The notes under the pieces were generated by a model. The model had not been told where the DNA came from. It made no database searches and saw only the letters and a list, made by a program, of their open reading frames with translations. From a virus (taxonomy: Duplodnaviria; Heunggongvirae; Uroviricota; Caudoviricetes), in the IMG/VR virus record IMGVR_UViG_3300047472_000248, positions 1 to 52,314 of that record: 52,314 nt of DNA; one strand, 5' to 3'. Position numbers and translations under genes: made by a program. Below are positions 8,551 through 16,839 of this stretch, one piece after another. The first letter of the stretch is position 1. Every line of letters starts with the position of its first letter.

Positions 8551-8960
8551 TGGACTACGACCGCATCCAGGCCAGCATGCTTGCCATGATCGAAGAGGCA
8601 GAGCGACGCGAACCGCCTCTGGCGAAAAGCGCACTGCCGGGCCACATCTTCGCGCTCACCTTTCAAACGGTCGCGATCAACCCTGGCCGGCGCACCGGCA
8701 AGACCGAGTTCATTCAGCGCTGCCTGCAGAGCGATGCGAATGCGATCGCGGTCGTGCCGCTCTCGAGCTGGCGCTCGCAGGTCTATCGCTATCGTCGCAA
8801 CGTCTTCACGCCCAACGAGCTGTCGAATCTGCGCGGCCGCAGGCTGAGCCGGGTGTTCATCGACGAGCCGAGCGCGGTGTTCAAGGCAATGTCCTGGCAC
8901 AAGGTCCATGACGCGCTCTGGACGACCCGTCCGAGCCTCTACGTGCTCCTGGGGGAATGA
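8550..8960 (+). CDS. Small P-loop protein resembling a terminase ATPase fragment
   Basis: PGRRTGKT and LRGRR...VFIDEP motifs within 136 aa. Confidence 0.6.
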   Translation: MDYDRIQASMLAMIEEAERREPPLAKSALPGHIFALTFQTVAINPGRRTGKTEFIQRCLQSDANAIAVVPLSSWRSQVYRYRRNVFTPNELSNLRGRRLSRVFIDEPSAVFKAMSWHKVHDALWTTRPSLYVLLGE

Positions 8961-9880
8961 TGAACGAAGACCTCGTCATCGAGCGCCGCCAGGTGCCCAA
9001 GAACCACACGCTGAGCCTGCTGCAGGACATCCGCGTGGAGTGGGGCACCAAGGCCGACTGGGGCGCGCTGTGCGAGCTGCACTACAAGGGCCACACCCTG
9101 GCGGCTGGATCGCGCTTCATGCGCTGCGTGCTCGACACGGGCACCGGCGCGCCGCAGCTGATCGGCGTGATGGTCTTCGCCAACCCGCAGATCCTCGACA
9201 GCGGGCGCAACGAGGTCTTCCCGCGCCTGAAGCCCAACGTCAATGGCCGGGACAACCGCACGATCAACCAGTCGCGCGTGGCATGGATCAACAAGAACAT
9301 GACCTGGAACAACCGCACGGTGCTCGACACCATGTATCGGTCGGCCGGGATCGCGTATCGCTTCAAGAATCTGGCTTACCGCCTCTACTGCTGCCGGCAC
9401 AAGCTGCGCTATGTCGAGAGTCGCAGCTCGATGGGCCGCTTCAACCCCTTCAGTTCGCGCTCGGGCATGCGGTTCATCAAGCCCAAGGCCGCCAATGCGC
9501 TGGGCAAGGGCGTGCAATTCATGACCGCGAACTTCAAATCCGCGCCCTACGACGTGGTTGCGATCCGCGACGAGATCGAATCGACGCCACCCGAGCAGCA
9601 AGCGCTGCTGGTGCAGCGGCTTCGCGAGTTCTACTGGAAGAACTCGAGCATGGAGAAGAGCGGCGACAAGATGGACCTGGGCATGAGCCGGGTCAACGAG
9701 CTGCCGCTCGACTACATCCTCAAGCAGACCATGCAGCTGGTCTTCTCCGCGACGATCTACTGGATCTGGGAGAACCCCGACCGCGGCCGCACGCTGCCCG
9801 AGACGCTGCCAATCCTGGCCTTCGATCGCCAGGGCCTCTACGAACCCCTGAACCTGGAGGGTCTGGCATGCGCCGACTGA
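8957..9880 (+). CDS. GNAT-fold acetyltransferase-like protein
   Basis: RTVLDTMYRSAGIA resembles the GNAT acetyl-CoA-binding motif A; ESRSSMGRFNPF...GMRFI follows. Confidence 0.6.
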   Translation: MMNEDLVIERRQVPKNHTLSLLQDIRVEWGTKADWGALCELHYKGHTLAAGSRFMRCVLDTGTGAPQLIGVMVFANPQILDSGRNEVFPRLKPNVNGRDNRTINQSRVAWINKNMTWNNRTVLDTMYRSAGIAYRFKNLAYRLYCCRHKLRYVESRSSMGRFNPFSSRSGMRFIKPKAANALGKGVQFMTANFKSAPYDVVAIRDEIESTPPEQQALLVQRLREFYWKNSSMEKSGDKMDLGMSRVNELPLDYILKQTMQLVFSATIYWIWENPDRGRTLPETLPILAFDRQGLYEPLNLEGLACAD

Positions 9881-10227
9881 CCGCCAACCAGGTCGAGCTG
9901 CTGAGCTTCGTGCGCGCGCCCGCGCCGGCCACGGCCGCCGACCACGGGCACATCGACTTCGACCAGATGCTGGACGCCATGTCCTGGCAGCCGTCGAAGC
10001 AGGCCGCCCACTTCTCGATCCGGGCGCTGCAGAAGCGCGGGCTGCTGGAAAAGCTCCCAGGCCTGCAGCTTCGACGTGGACGTCACCGGGTCTGCTTCCG
10101 GGTCACCGAGGCCGGCCTGAAGGCTCTGAACGGTTCCGTTCCGGAGCCCTCCGAACCGTCTCTGGTGGACCAAAGTCAGCCGGAACTTCCCGACCCGGGT
10201 GTCTCCCTGGAGGTGTTCGAAGACTGA
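9868..10227 (+). CDS. Winged helix-turn-helix DNA-binding protein
   Basis: Start at ATG 9868; LTANQVELL...SIRALQKRGLLEK...FRVTEAG is a MarR/PadR-like wHTH pattern. Confidence 0.65.
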   Translation: MRRLTANQVELLSFVRAPAPATAADHGHIDFDQMLDAMSWQPSKQAAHFSIRALQKRGLLEKLPGLQLRRGRHRVCFRVTEAGLKALNGSVPEPSEPSLVDQSQPELPDPGVSLEVFED

Positions 10228-10275
10228 AAAACACCCGCTTTTGGGGCTTTTTCTCGTCCCGGGGCTTCCTCTCGC

Positions 10276-10288
10276 TAACTCGTTGATT
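10276..10288 (-). promoter_or_regulatory. IHF consensus site
   Basis: Minus strand AATCAACGAGTTA matches WATCAANNNNTTR, inside the AT-rich island upstream of terS. Confidence 0.45.
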
Positions 10289-10306
10289 TCATTGAGAAAA
10301 ACACGA

Positions 10307-10333
10307 AGTTAATGAAAAGTGGGTTTTCACAGT
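10307..10333 (+). repeat. 27-bp direct repeat, copy 1 (contains TGAAAA-N5-TTTTCA)
   Basis: AGTTAATGAAAAGTGGGTTTTCACAGT, identical to 49103-49129. Confidence 0.9.
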
Positions 10334-10379
10334 ATTAAGACACTTTTAAAGACTAAGAACTAACAACCAATTAAGGCAA

Positions 10380-10395
10380 GTTAGTGATCACTAAC
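10380..10395. repeat. Perfect 16-bp palindrome GTTAGTGATCACTAAC
   Basis: Read directly from the sequence. Confidence 0.85.
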
Positions 10396-10412
10396 ATCGT
10401 TCGCAATCGTAA

Positions 10413-10424
10413 GTCAGCGCTGAT
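10413..10424. promoter_or_regulatory. Operator (#4, one mismatch)
   Basis: TAAGTCAGcgCTGATT upstream of terS. Confidence 0.7.
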
Positions 10425-10483
10425 TGACGATCTGGCAGTCCGGATCGACAATCGAGCCTGCTCTGCACCGATCTCCTCCGACC

Positions 10484-10516
10484 GGCCGCACCCGTTCGCG
10501 GGGCGGCCACTTTTTT
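10484..10516 (+). terminator. Intrinsic terminator immediately upstream of the terS RBS
   Basis: GGCCGC-A-CCCG-TTCG-CGGG-GCGGCC hairpin followed by AC and T6. Confidence 0.75.
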
Positions 10517-10529
10517 GTCTGGAGGCCGC

Positions 10530-11192
10530 ATGAGCGAGACCACCGACAAGAAGCCCGCGTCGAAGTCCCGGGTCGGCCAGAAGGGCTACGGCGGTCGCAA
10601 GAAAGGCTCCCGCTCCCTGACCCCGGCAGAGAAGGCCGCAGCAGCCGCTGCATGGCGCGCCGGCGAGGTCACCCTGGCCCAGCTCTCGGAGAAATACAAA
10701 AAGCGCCCTGAGACCTTCTCGCGGCTCTTCGGGAAGATGGGCATCAAGAAGGGCGAGGCTGCCGAAGAGGTCGGTCGCAAGGTGACCGCCCAGATCGAAG
10801 CGCGCGCAGTCACGGACGTCGAGCAAACGCTGCAGCAGATAGCCGAGACGAAGAAGACGTTCGTGGGCATGCACAACGCCCTGGCGCGTCTCGCGTTCAC
10901 CGAGATCAAGAAGGCGGTCGAGGCCAAGGTGCCCCTGTCGCAGCTGCGCTTGGCCATGCAGACGCTCCAATCGGCCAGCGCGGTCATCAGCAAGTCCCGG
11001 GAGGAGATCTACACCCTCCTGCAGATCGAGAAGCACGACGACAACCTTGGCGATGACGACCTGCCGGAGCTGCTCGTGCGCGAGCTGACCGCCGGCGAGG
11101 TGAAGCAGCTGGCAGAGCAGGACGACGAAGAGAAGGCCCTCACCGACGAGCTCAATGCCGATGGCATGAACCTGGACGAGGCGCCGGAGTGA
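10530..11192 (+). CDS. terS: Terminase small subunit
   Basis: GGAGG RBS; N-terminal HTH-like segment; directly upstream of and overlapping terL. Confidence 0.75.
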   Translation: MSETTDKKPASKSRVGQKGYGGRKKGSRSLTPAEKAAAAAAWRAGEVTLAQLSEKYKKRPETFSRLFGKMGIKKGEAAEEVGRKVTAQIEARAVTDVEQTLQQIAETKKTFVGMHNALARLAFTEIKKAVEAKVPLSQLRLAMQTLQSASAVISKSREEIYTLLQIEKHDDNLGDDDLPELLVRELTAGEVKQLAEQDDEEKALTDELNADGMNLDEAPE

Positions 11193-12514
11193 AGGTTCGG
11201 CCCCCAGAGGAGCTGGTCGGCACCGAGCTGGCCAGTTCGATCGCCGCTGCCACGGACGAGATCCGGGAGCAGTTTCGCGCGCCGAAGAACACGCTCTTCC
11301 TGCACCAGAAGCAGATGGAGGTCTACCAGACCCCGAAGCGCTTCCGGGTGGTGTGCGCCGGCCGCCGGTGGGGGAAGACGCAGCTCGCGAAGGTTTCGAT
11401 CATCCGCTTCGCCCGGGTGAAGAAGCGGCTGATCTGGTATGTGGCGCCGAGCTACCGCATGGCGCGCCAGATCATGTGGCCGGAGCTGCTCGAGGCGATC
11501 CCCAAGCGCTGGATCTACAAGGTCAACGAGACCATGTTGACGATCCGGCTGATCAACGGCACGCGGATCGAGCTCAAGGGCGCCGACAACCCCGACGCGC
11601 TGCGCGGGGTGGGCATCCACTTCCTGGTGATGGACGAGGTCCAGGACATCCACCCCGAGGCCTGGACGAAGGTGCTGCGCCCGACGCTGGCATCGACCGG
11701 CGGCCACGCGCTCTTCATTGGCTCGCCGAAGTCCTACAACTTCCTCTACGACCTCTACCAGCTCGGCCAGCGCGACGACATGCCGGCGTGGGAGTCGTGG
11801 CAGTTTCCGACCATCACCTCGCCCTTCATCCCGAAGCACGAGATCGACGCCGCGCGCGGCGACATGGACGAGAAGAGCTTCCGGCAGGAGTTCGAGGCCT
11901 CGTTCGAGTCGATGTCCGGGCGCGTCTACTATCCCTTCGACCGGCACATCCACGCGGCCAAGCCGCGGCCGTTCAACCCGAACCTGCCGCTGCTCATCGG
12001 GCAAGACTTCAACATCGACCCGATGTCGGCCTGCGTCTTCCAGAGACAGGACAACGGCGAGATCTGGGCGGTCGACGAGATCAGCCTGCCGGCGTCGAAC
12101 ACCGACGAGATGTGCGACGAGCTGGAGCGCCGCTACTGGCGCTTCATCGACCGCATCACGAACTACCCCGACCCGGCCGGCGCGACGCGCGGGCACCAGC
12201 GGGGCGAGTCCGACATCGACATCATGCGGGAGCGCGGTTTCAAGCGGAACGTGTATCACAGGAAGCACCCGCCGGTGGCTGACCGCGTGAATGCCGTCAA
12301 CCGCATGCTGAAGACTGCGGACGGCCAGATCCGCCTCTACGTCGACCCGCGCTGCAAGAAGCTGATCGAGTCCTTCGAGCAAACGCTCTACGTGCCCGGC
12401 GGCCGCGAGGTCGACAAGAGCGCCAGCATCGAGCACATGGCCGATGCTGCCGGCTACTTCATCCAATACGCATACCCGACCCGCAAGTTGGAGCTGTTGG
12501 GCGTCTCCCTGTGA
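11189..12514 (+). CDS. terL: Terminase large subunit
   Basis: AGRRWGKT Walker A, LRGVG, VMDE Walker B, IGSP coupling motif, GQDFN nuclease Asp, HMADA. Confidence 0.97.
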   Translation: MKVRPPEELVGTELASSIAAATDEIREQFRAPKNTLFLHQKQMEVYQTPKRFRVVCAGRRWGKTQLAKVSIIRFARVKKRLIWYVAPSYRMARQIMWPELLEAIPKRWIYKVNETMLTIRLINGTRIELKGADNPDALRGVGIHFLVMDEVQDIHPEAWTKVLRPTLASTGGHALFIGSPKSYNFLYDLYQLGQRDDMPAWESWQFPTITSPFIPKHEIDAARGDMDEKSFRQEFEASFESMSGRVYYPFDRHIHAAKPRPFNPNLPLLIGQDFNIDPMSACVFQRQDNGEIWAVDEISLPASNTDEMCDELERRYWRFIDRITNYPDPAGATRGHQRGESDIDIMRERGFKRNVYHRKHPPVADRVNAVNRMLKTADGQIRLYVDPRCKKLIESFEQTLYVPGGREVDKSASIEHMADAAGYFIQYAYPTRKLELLGVSL

Positions 12515-12520
12515 GCGTTT

Positions 12521-12550
12521 TTGACAGTCAGGACTGACTTACCACATACT
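12521..12550 (+). promoter_or_regulatory. Sigma70-like promoter for the portal gene with the operator in its spacer
   Basis: TTGACA (12521-12526), 18 bp, CATACT (12545-12550); the operator core fills 12527-12538. Confidence 0.6.
12527..12538. promoter_or_regulatory. Operator (#5)
   Basis: AGTCAGgaCTGACTTAC upstream of the portal gene. Confidence 0.85.
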
Positions 12551-12562
12551 CCACGGACTTAT

Positions 12563-14122
12563 ATGGACGATCCACTCAAGCGGCTGATCGAACGGCGACA
12601 TCCCGAATACGCGGCGATGAAGCCGCACTGGGACTTCGTGGGCGCGACCTACGAGGGCGGGCGCGCCTGGTTTGACGGCAACATCTTCCGCTACTTCAAG
12701 GAAGGCGACGAGGAATACGCCGACCGCGTGCTGCGCGCGCACCGGTTCAACCACACCCGCGAGGTCGTGGACCTGGTCGACAAATACCTCTTCAAGGTCG
12801 ACATCACGCGGCGCGAAGACGACGCCCCGTCGTCGGTGAAGAACTTCTGGAAGAAGGCGACCCGCAACGGCCTGGACATGCAGGCCTACGTGCGCCGAAT
12901 CTCGAACAAGACCTCGACCTACGGCCGGGTCTGGATCGTCGTCGATTCGAACGCACCGGCAGTGTCGGAGGGTGGCGCGAAGAAGGCCGACCTGCCGACC
13001 GTGGCTGACGAGAAGGCCGGCGCGGTGCAGATCTACTCCTACATCGTGCTGCCGCAGCAGGTGCTGGACATGAGCTATGCCGACGATGGCTCGCTCAACT
13101 GGATTCTGATCCACGAAGTCGCACGGGACGACCAGGACCCGATGGCCTCCAGCGGCACGCAGCTCAACCGCTTCCGTCTCTGGACGCGCGACGAGTGGAA
13201 GCTCTACGAGGTCAAGAAGGAAGGGCGCAAGCTCAAGGTCATGTTGCTCAACCAGGGCGTCCACGGCCTGGGCGAGGTTCCGGTCTTCCCCGCCGACCAC
13301 ACGACCAGCGACGAGCTCTACTGCTCCGAGGGGCTGATCGACGACATCGCCTACATGGACCGGGCGATCGCGAACTACCTCTCCAACCTCGACGCGATCA
13401 TCCAGGACCAGACCTTCAGCCAGCTCGCGATGCCGGCACAGGGCCTGATGCCGGGCGACGAGGGCGAAGCGAAGATGAAGGAGGTCGGCACCAAGCGGAT
13501 CTTCACCTACGACGGCTCGACCACGCACGCGCCGGAGTTCATCAGCCCGGACCCGAAACAGGCACAGCTCATTCTCTCGGCGATCGCCAAGATCACCTCG
13601 GGCATCTACCAGTCGGTGGGTCTTTCGGCCGAACGCAACAACAACGACGGCGGCACCTCGCAGGGCGACAGCGCGGCCTCGGGCGTCGCCAAGGCCTACG
13701 ACTTCGAGCGCGTCAACTCGCTGCTCTCCAGCAAGGCCGCGAGCCTGCGCAAGACCGAAGAGCGCGTCGCGCGCCTGGTCGCGCTCTGGGCCGGCCAGTT
13801 GAACGAGTTCCTGCAGCACGAGGAGCACGTCGAATACCCCGACAACTTCGACGTGCGCGGCCTCTACGACGAGTTCGAGATCGCCGCCCGTCTGACCCTG
13901 CTGAACGCACCGGAAGCGGTGCGCCGGGCGCAGATGAAGCTGGTGATCAACAAGCTCTTCCCGCTCCTGCCCGAAGACGAGCTGAACGAGATGCTCGCTG
14001 ACCTCAAAGACTGGCCGCCCGAGGACCTTCTGGCCCTCGGCGCGTCCGGCAAACCGACAGGCGCCGGCGGCCCCATCAAGGCTGCCAGCGCCCAGAAGAC
14101 CGCCAAGGAATTGACGGCCTGA
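12563..14122 (+). CDS. Portal protein
   Basis: Follows terL; about 519 aa from ATG 12563; SPP1/DUF4055-like features (RHPEY...YEGG, SGVAKAYDF). Confidence 0.88.
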   Translation: MDDPLKRLIERRHPEYAAMKPHWDFVGATYEGGRAWFDGNIFRYFKEGDEEYADRVLRAHRFNHTREVVDLVDKYLFKVDITRREDDAPSSVKNFWKKATRNGLDMQAYVRRISNKTSTYGRVWIVVDSNAPAVSEGGAKKADLPTVADEKAGAVQIYSYIVLPQQVLDMSYADDGSLNWILIHEVARDDQDPMASSGTQLNRFRLWTRDEWKLYEVKKEGRKLKVMLLNQGVHGLGEVPVFPADHTTSDELYCSEGLIDDIAYMDRAIANYLSNLDAIIQDQTFSQLAMPAQGLMPGDEGEAKMKEVGTKRIFTYDGSTTHAPEFISPDPKQAQLILSAIAKITSGIYQSVGLSAERNNNDGGTSQGDSAASGVAKAYDFERVNSLLSSKAASLRKTEERVARLVALWAGQLNEFLQHEEHVEYPDNFDVRGLYDEFEIAARLTLLNAPEAVRRAQMKLVINKLFPLLPEDELNEMLADLKDWPPEDLLALGASGKPTGAGGPIKAASAQKTAKELTA

Positions 14123-14195
14123 CCCAGAGCGCGCCCAAGAGACCGCGGCGCATCAAGACCAACCACGGCCGAGCGACTGGCCACATAGGTGAGAA

Positions 14196-15119
14196 ATGAA
14201 CGGAAACCTCTCGATCTTCAAGCTCCTGCAATCGCTGCTGTTCTCGAACTTCCTGCGCACGCACATCGACGACCCCGAAGGTGGCGGCGGTGGCAACGTG
14301 GACGATCCGGACGCGCCGAGCGCTGAAGAGCTGGAAGCCACGCGCCTGGAACAGGAAGCTGCCGCTGCAAAGACGGCCGCCGACGAAGCCAAGGCACGGG
14401 CTGCTGCAGCCAAGAGCGGCGTCAAGCCGACCGATGGCGAGGCCAAGCTGCTTAAGGAGCAGATGAAGACCAAGGACGCGCTGAAGGCAGCGCAGGCGGC
14501 ACTCGAGCAAGCGAACGCTCGGCTGGCCGACTATGACGGACTCGACGCCGCCACCGCGAAGAAGCTGAAGGCCGACGCTGCCGAGAAGGAGCGCAAGGAA
14601 GCCGAAGCGCGGGGCGAATACGACCGCATCCTGAAGCAGATGGCCGATCAGCACCAGGCTGAAAAGGACCGCCTGCAGAAGGAGCGGGACGACGAATCCA
14701 GCGAGAAGGCAGCGCTGCGCCAGCAGATCGCCGACCTGACGGTGGGCACGTCGTTCACGGGCTCCGAGTTCCTGAAGAAGGAAACCAACCTCACCCCGAC
14801 CAAGGCACGTGTCATCTATGGCGCGCACTTCGAGTTCAAGGATGGGCATGTCGTCGGCTACGACAAGCCGGCGGGCGCGGCAGACCGCACCCCGCTGGTG
14901 GACTCGGCCGGCAACCCCCGCTCGTTCGAAGACGCGATGAAGGCAATCATCGAGGCAGATCCGGACCGCGACGCGATCCTGCTGTCGAAGGTGAAGCCCG
15001 GCGCCGGCAGTGGCTCGCAAGGTCGCCCGCCCAAGGAAATCGTGCAGGACCCGAGCACGATGTCCTCGATCCAGAAGATCTCCGCCGGACTGGCCAAGCT
15101 CAAGCAGTCCAAACCCTGA
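14196..15119 (+). CDS. Capsid scaffolding protein
   Basis: Acidic, Ala-rich coiled coil between portal and capsid genes; ends in a GSGS linker and short helix. Confidence 0.75.
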   Translation: MNGNLSIFKLLQSLLFSNFLRTHIDDPEGGGGGNVDDPDAPSAEELEATRLEQEAAAAKTAADEAKARAAAAKSGVKPTDGEAKLLKEQMKTKDALKAAQAALEQANARLADYDGLDAATAKKLKADAAEKERKEAEARGEYDRILKQMADQHQAEKDRLQKERDDESSEKAALRQQIADLTVGTSFTGSEFLKKETNLTPTKARVIYGAHFEFKDGHVVGYDKPAGAADRTPLVDSAGNPRSFEDAMKAIIEADPDRDAILLSKVKPGAGSGSQGRPPKEIVQDPSTMSSIQKISAGLAKLKQSKP

Positions 15120-15154
15120 CCCGCGCGCCGCGCTGCATCGACCGATAGCGGAAT

Positions 15155-15183
15155 TTGCAGTGCAGAGGCGCGCCAAATAGAAT
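15155..15183 (+). promoter_or_regulatory. Sigma70-like promoter for the major capsid gene
   Basis: TTGCAG, 17 bp, TAGAAT, then 1 nt and the operator. Confidence 0.65.
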
Positions 15184-15185
15184 CA

Positions 15186-15197
15186 GTCAGTCCTGAC
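15186..15197. promoter_or_regulatory. Operator (#6)
   Basis: AGTCAGtcCTGACTTAC upstream of the capsid gene. Confidence 0.85.
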
Positions 15198-15237
15198 TTA
15201 CGTCTGGCTGGTTCCCACCCTCTCAAGGAAGCATTCA

Positions 15238-16140
15238 ATGGCATTGCTCAAGTCCGAAGCCCAGAAGCTGTCGCAAGACGACGTGGTGACTGGCATCATC
15301 GAAGAAATCATCACCGTCAACGAGATGTTCGAGACGCTGCCGTTCACGGGCGTCAACGGCAAGTCGTATCTCTACAAGCGCGAGAACACGCTCGCGTCGG
15401 CGACCTACCTCGATCCGAACGACACCGTCACGGAAGAGGCGTCGACCTTCACCCAGGTCACGACCTATCTGCGCATCCTCGCGGGTGACGTGGACGTGGA
15501 CAAGTTCCTCGAAGAGACGATGTCCGACACCGAGGACCAGCTGGCCACCCAGATCGCCCTGAAGGCGAAGGGCATGGCTCGCGTGTTCCAGAACTCGGTC
15601 GTGAACGGCAACAACGGCACGAACGCCAAGGAATTCGACGGCATGACCGCAATGGTCACCGGCGGCCAGACCATCGTCGCCGGCACCAACGGCGCCGCGA
15701 TGACCCTGACGATGCTCGACCAGCTCGTCGACCAGGTGCCGAACAAGCCCGACTTCCTCGTGATGCGCTCCGGCACCCGCCGGGCCTACATGAGCCTCGT
15801 GCGCGCGACCGGCGGCACGAACGCGGTGATGGTCCAGCTGCCGAACTTCGGCAAGCCGGTCCTGACCCACAACGGCGTGCCGATCCTGATCAACGACTTC
15901 CTGCCGGGCACGGAAACCACGGGTTCGAGCTCGGCGACGTGCTCGGTCTACGCGGTGCGCGCGAACGAGCTGGACGGTCTGCACGGCCTCTACGGCGGCA
16001 GCAAGGCCGGTATCCGCGTCGAGAACATCGGCACGGTCCAGAACAAGGACGCAACCCGCACCCGCCTGAAGTGGTATTGCGGCATGGCCCTGAAGAGCAC
16101 GAAGTCGCTGGCTCGCCTGTCGGGTATCACCAACATTTAA
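15238..16140 (+). CDS. Major capsid protein (HK97 fold)
   Basis: 300 aa after the scaffold gene; AAGGA RBS; IEEII...LPF, DVDKF and KWYCG motifs; followed by a terminator. Confidence 0.92.
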   Translation: MALLKSEAQKLSQDDVVTGIIEEIITVNEMFETLPFTGVNGKSYLYKRENTLASATYLDPNDTVTEEASTFTQVTTYLRILAGDVDVDKFLEETMSDTEDQLATQIALKAKGMARVFQNSVVNGNNGTNAKEFDGMTAMVTGGQTIVAGTNGAAMTLTMLDQLVDQVPNKPDFLVMRSGTRRAYMSLVRATGGTNAVMVQLPNFGKPVLTHNGVPILINDFLPGTETTGSSSATCSVYAVRANELDGLHGLYGGSKAGIRVENIGTVQNKDATRTRLKWYCGMALKSTKSLARLSGITNI

Positions 16141-16152
16141 CCGTGTTGGTAA

Positions 16153-16164
16153 GTCAGACCTGAC
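16153..16164. promoter_or_regulatory. Operator (#7)
   Basis: GTAAGTCAGacCTGACTTAC with perfect 9-bp arms. Confidence 0.88.
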
Positions 16165-16178
16165 TTACGGTATAAGGG

Positions 16179-16204
16179 CGGGGGCACTTGTTGCCCCCGT
16201 TTTT
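16179..16204 (+). terminator. Intrinsic terminator after the capsid gene
   Basis: CGGGGGCA-cttgt-TGCCCCCG followed by T5. Confidence 0.8.
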
Positions 16205-16230
16205 CATCTTCATCCACACAGAGGACCCTC

Positions 16231-16836
16231 ATGCCGAAAATCCGCATGATCCAGCCGGGCTACGAAGGCTTCAACGGCCAGTTCGGTATCCATGAATTCG
16301 TCGACGGCGTGTCCGTCGAGACCATCAGCCCGCTCGAAGCCACGGTGCTCGCCGGCCTGATCCAGTTCGAAACCGTGCCCGAGGTCGAGGGCGAAGTCCC
16401 CGTCAATCCGAGCTACGCGCAGAAGGTGCTCGACGAGCGCGACACGCAGCTCGCGGCCGGGTCGTTCCCGACGGCCGACGAGCAAGAAGTGGCGGTGGCC
16501 GAGTTCGGGCCGGCCGACACGAAGGTCTACACCGAAGCCGAGCTCGAAGCCATCGCCGACGCCGGCGGCATCAAGGCCGTGCGCAAGATCAGCGACCCGC
16601 TGGGCCTGAAGGCGACCTCGATCGCCGCGCTGATCGCCGGCATCCTGAAGCTGCAGCCGAAGCCCGAAGTGGCCGAGTCGGGCGCCGAGATCCTGTCCGA
16701 AGCCGAGCCGGAGCAGCCGAAGCCGCTCGACGTGCCGGTCGACACCTCGGAAGTCGAAGCACCGCCGGTGCCGGAAGACACCCCGGCCGAGACGCCGGCG
16801 CCCGAAGCACCCGCCGAAGGCGACGCGCAGGAGTAG
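16231..16836 (+). CDS. Virion-associated protein (acidic, Pro/Glu-rich tail)
   Basis: Position after the capsid gene; GAGGA RBS. Confidence 0.65.
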   Translation: MPKIRMIQPGYEGFNGQFGIHEFVDGVSVETISPLEATVLAGLIQFETVPEVEGEVPVNPSYAQKVLDERDTQLAAGSFPTADEQEVAVAEFGPADTKVYTEAELEAIADAGGIKAVRKISDPLGLKATSIAALIAGILKLQPKPEVAESGAEILSEAEPEQPKPLDVPVDTSEVEAPPVPEDTPAETPAPEAPAEGDAQE

Positions 16837-16839
16837 GCC

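Noticed and set aside
10380-10395. Protelomerase (telRL) target
   Set aside because: Only 16 bp, shorter than known telRL sites, and no protelomerase gene is in the window.
3745-12562. Upstream-extended ORF starts in the track (3745, 5032, 6183, 7520, 7654, 8908, 12521)
   Set aside because: They overlap neighbouring genes or promoters; downstream ATGs with stop-start coupling or an RBS fit better.
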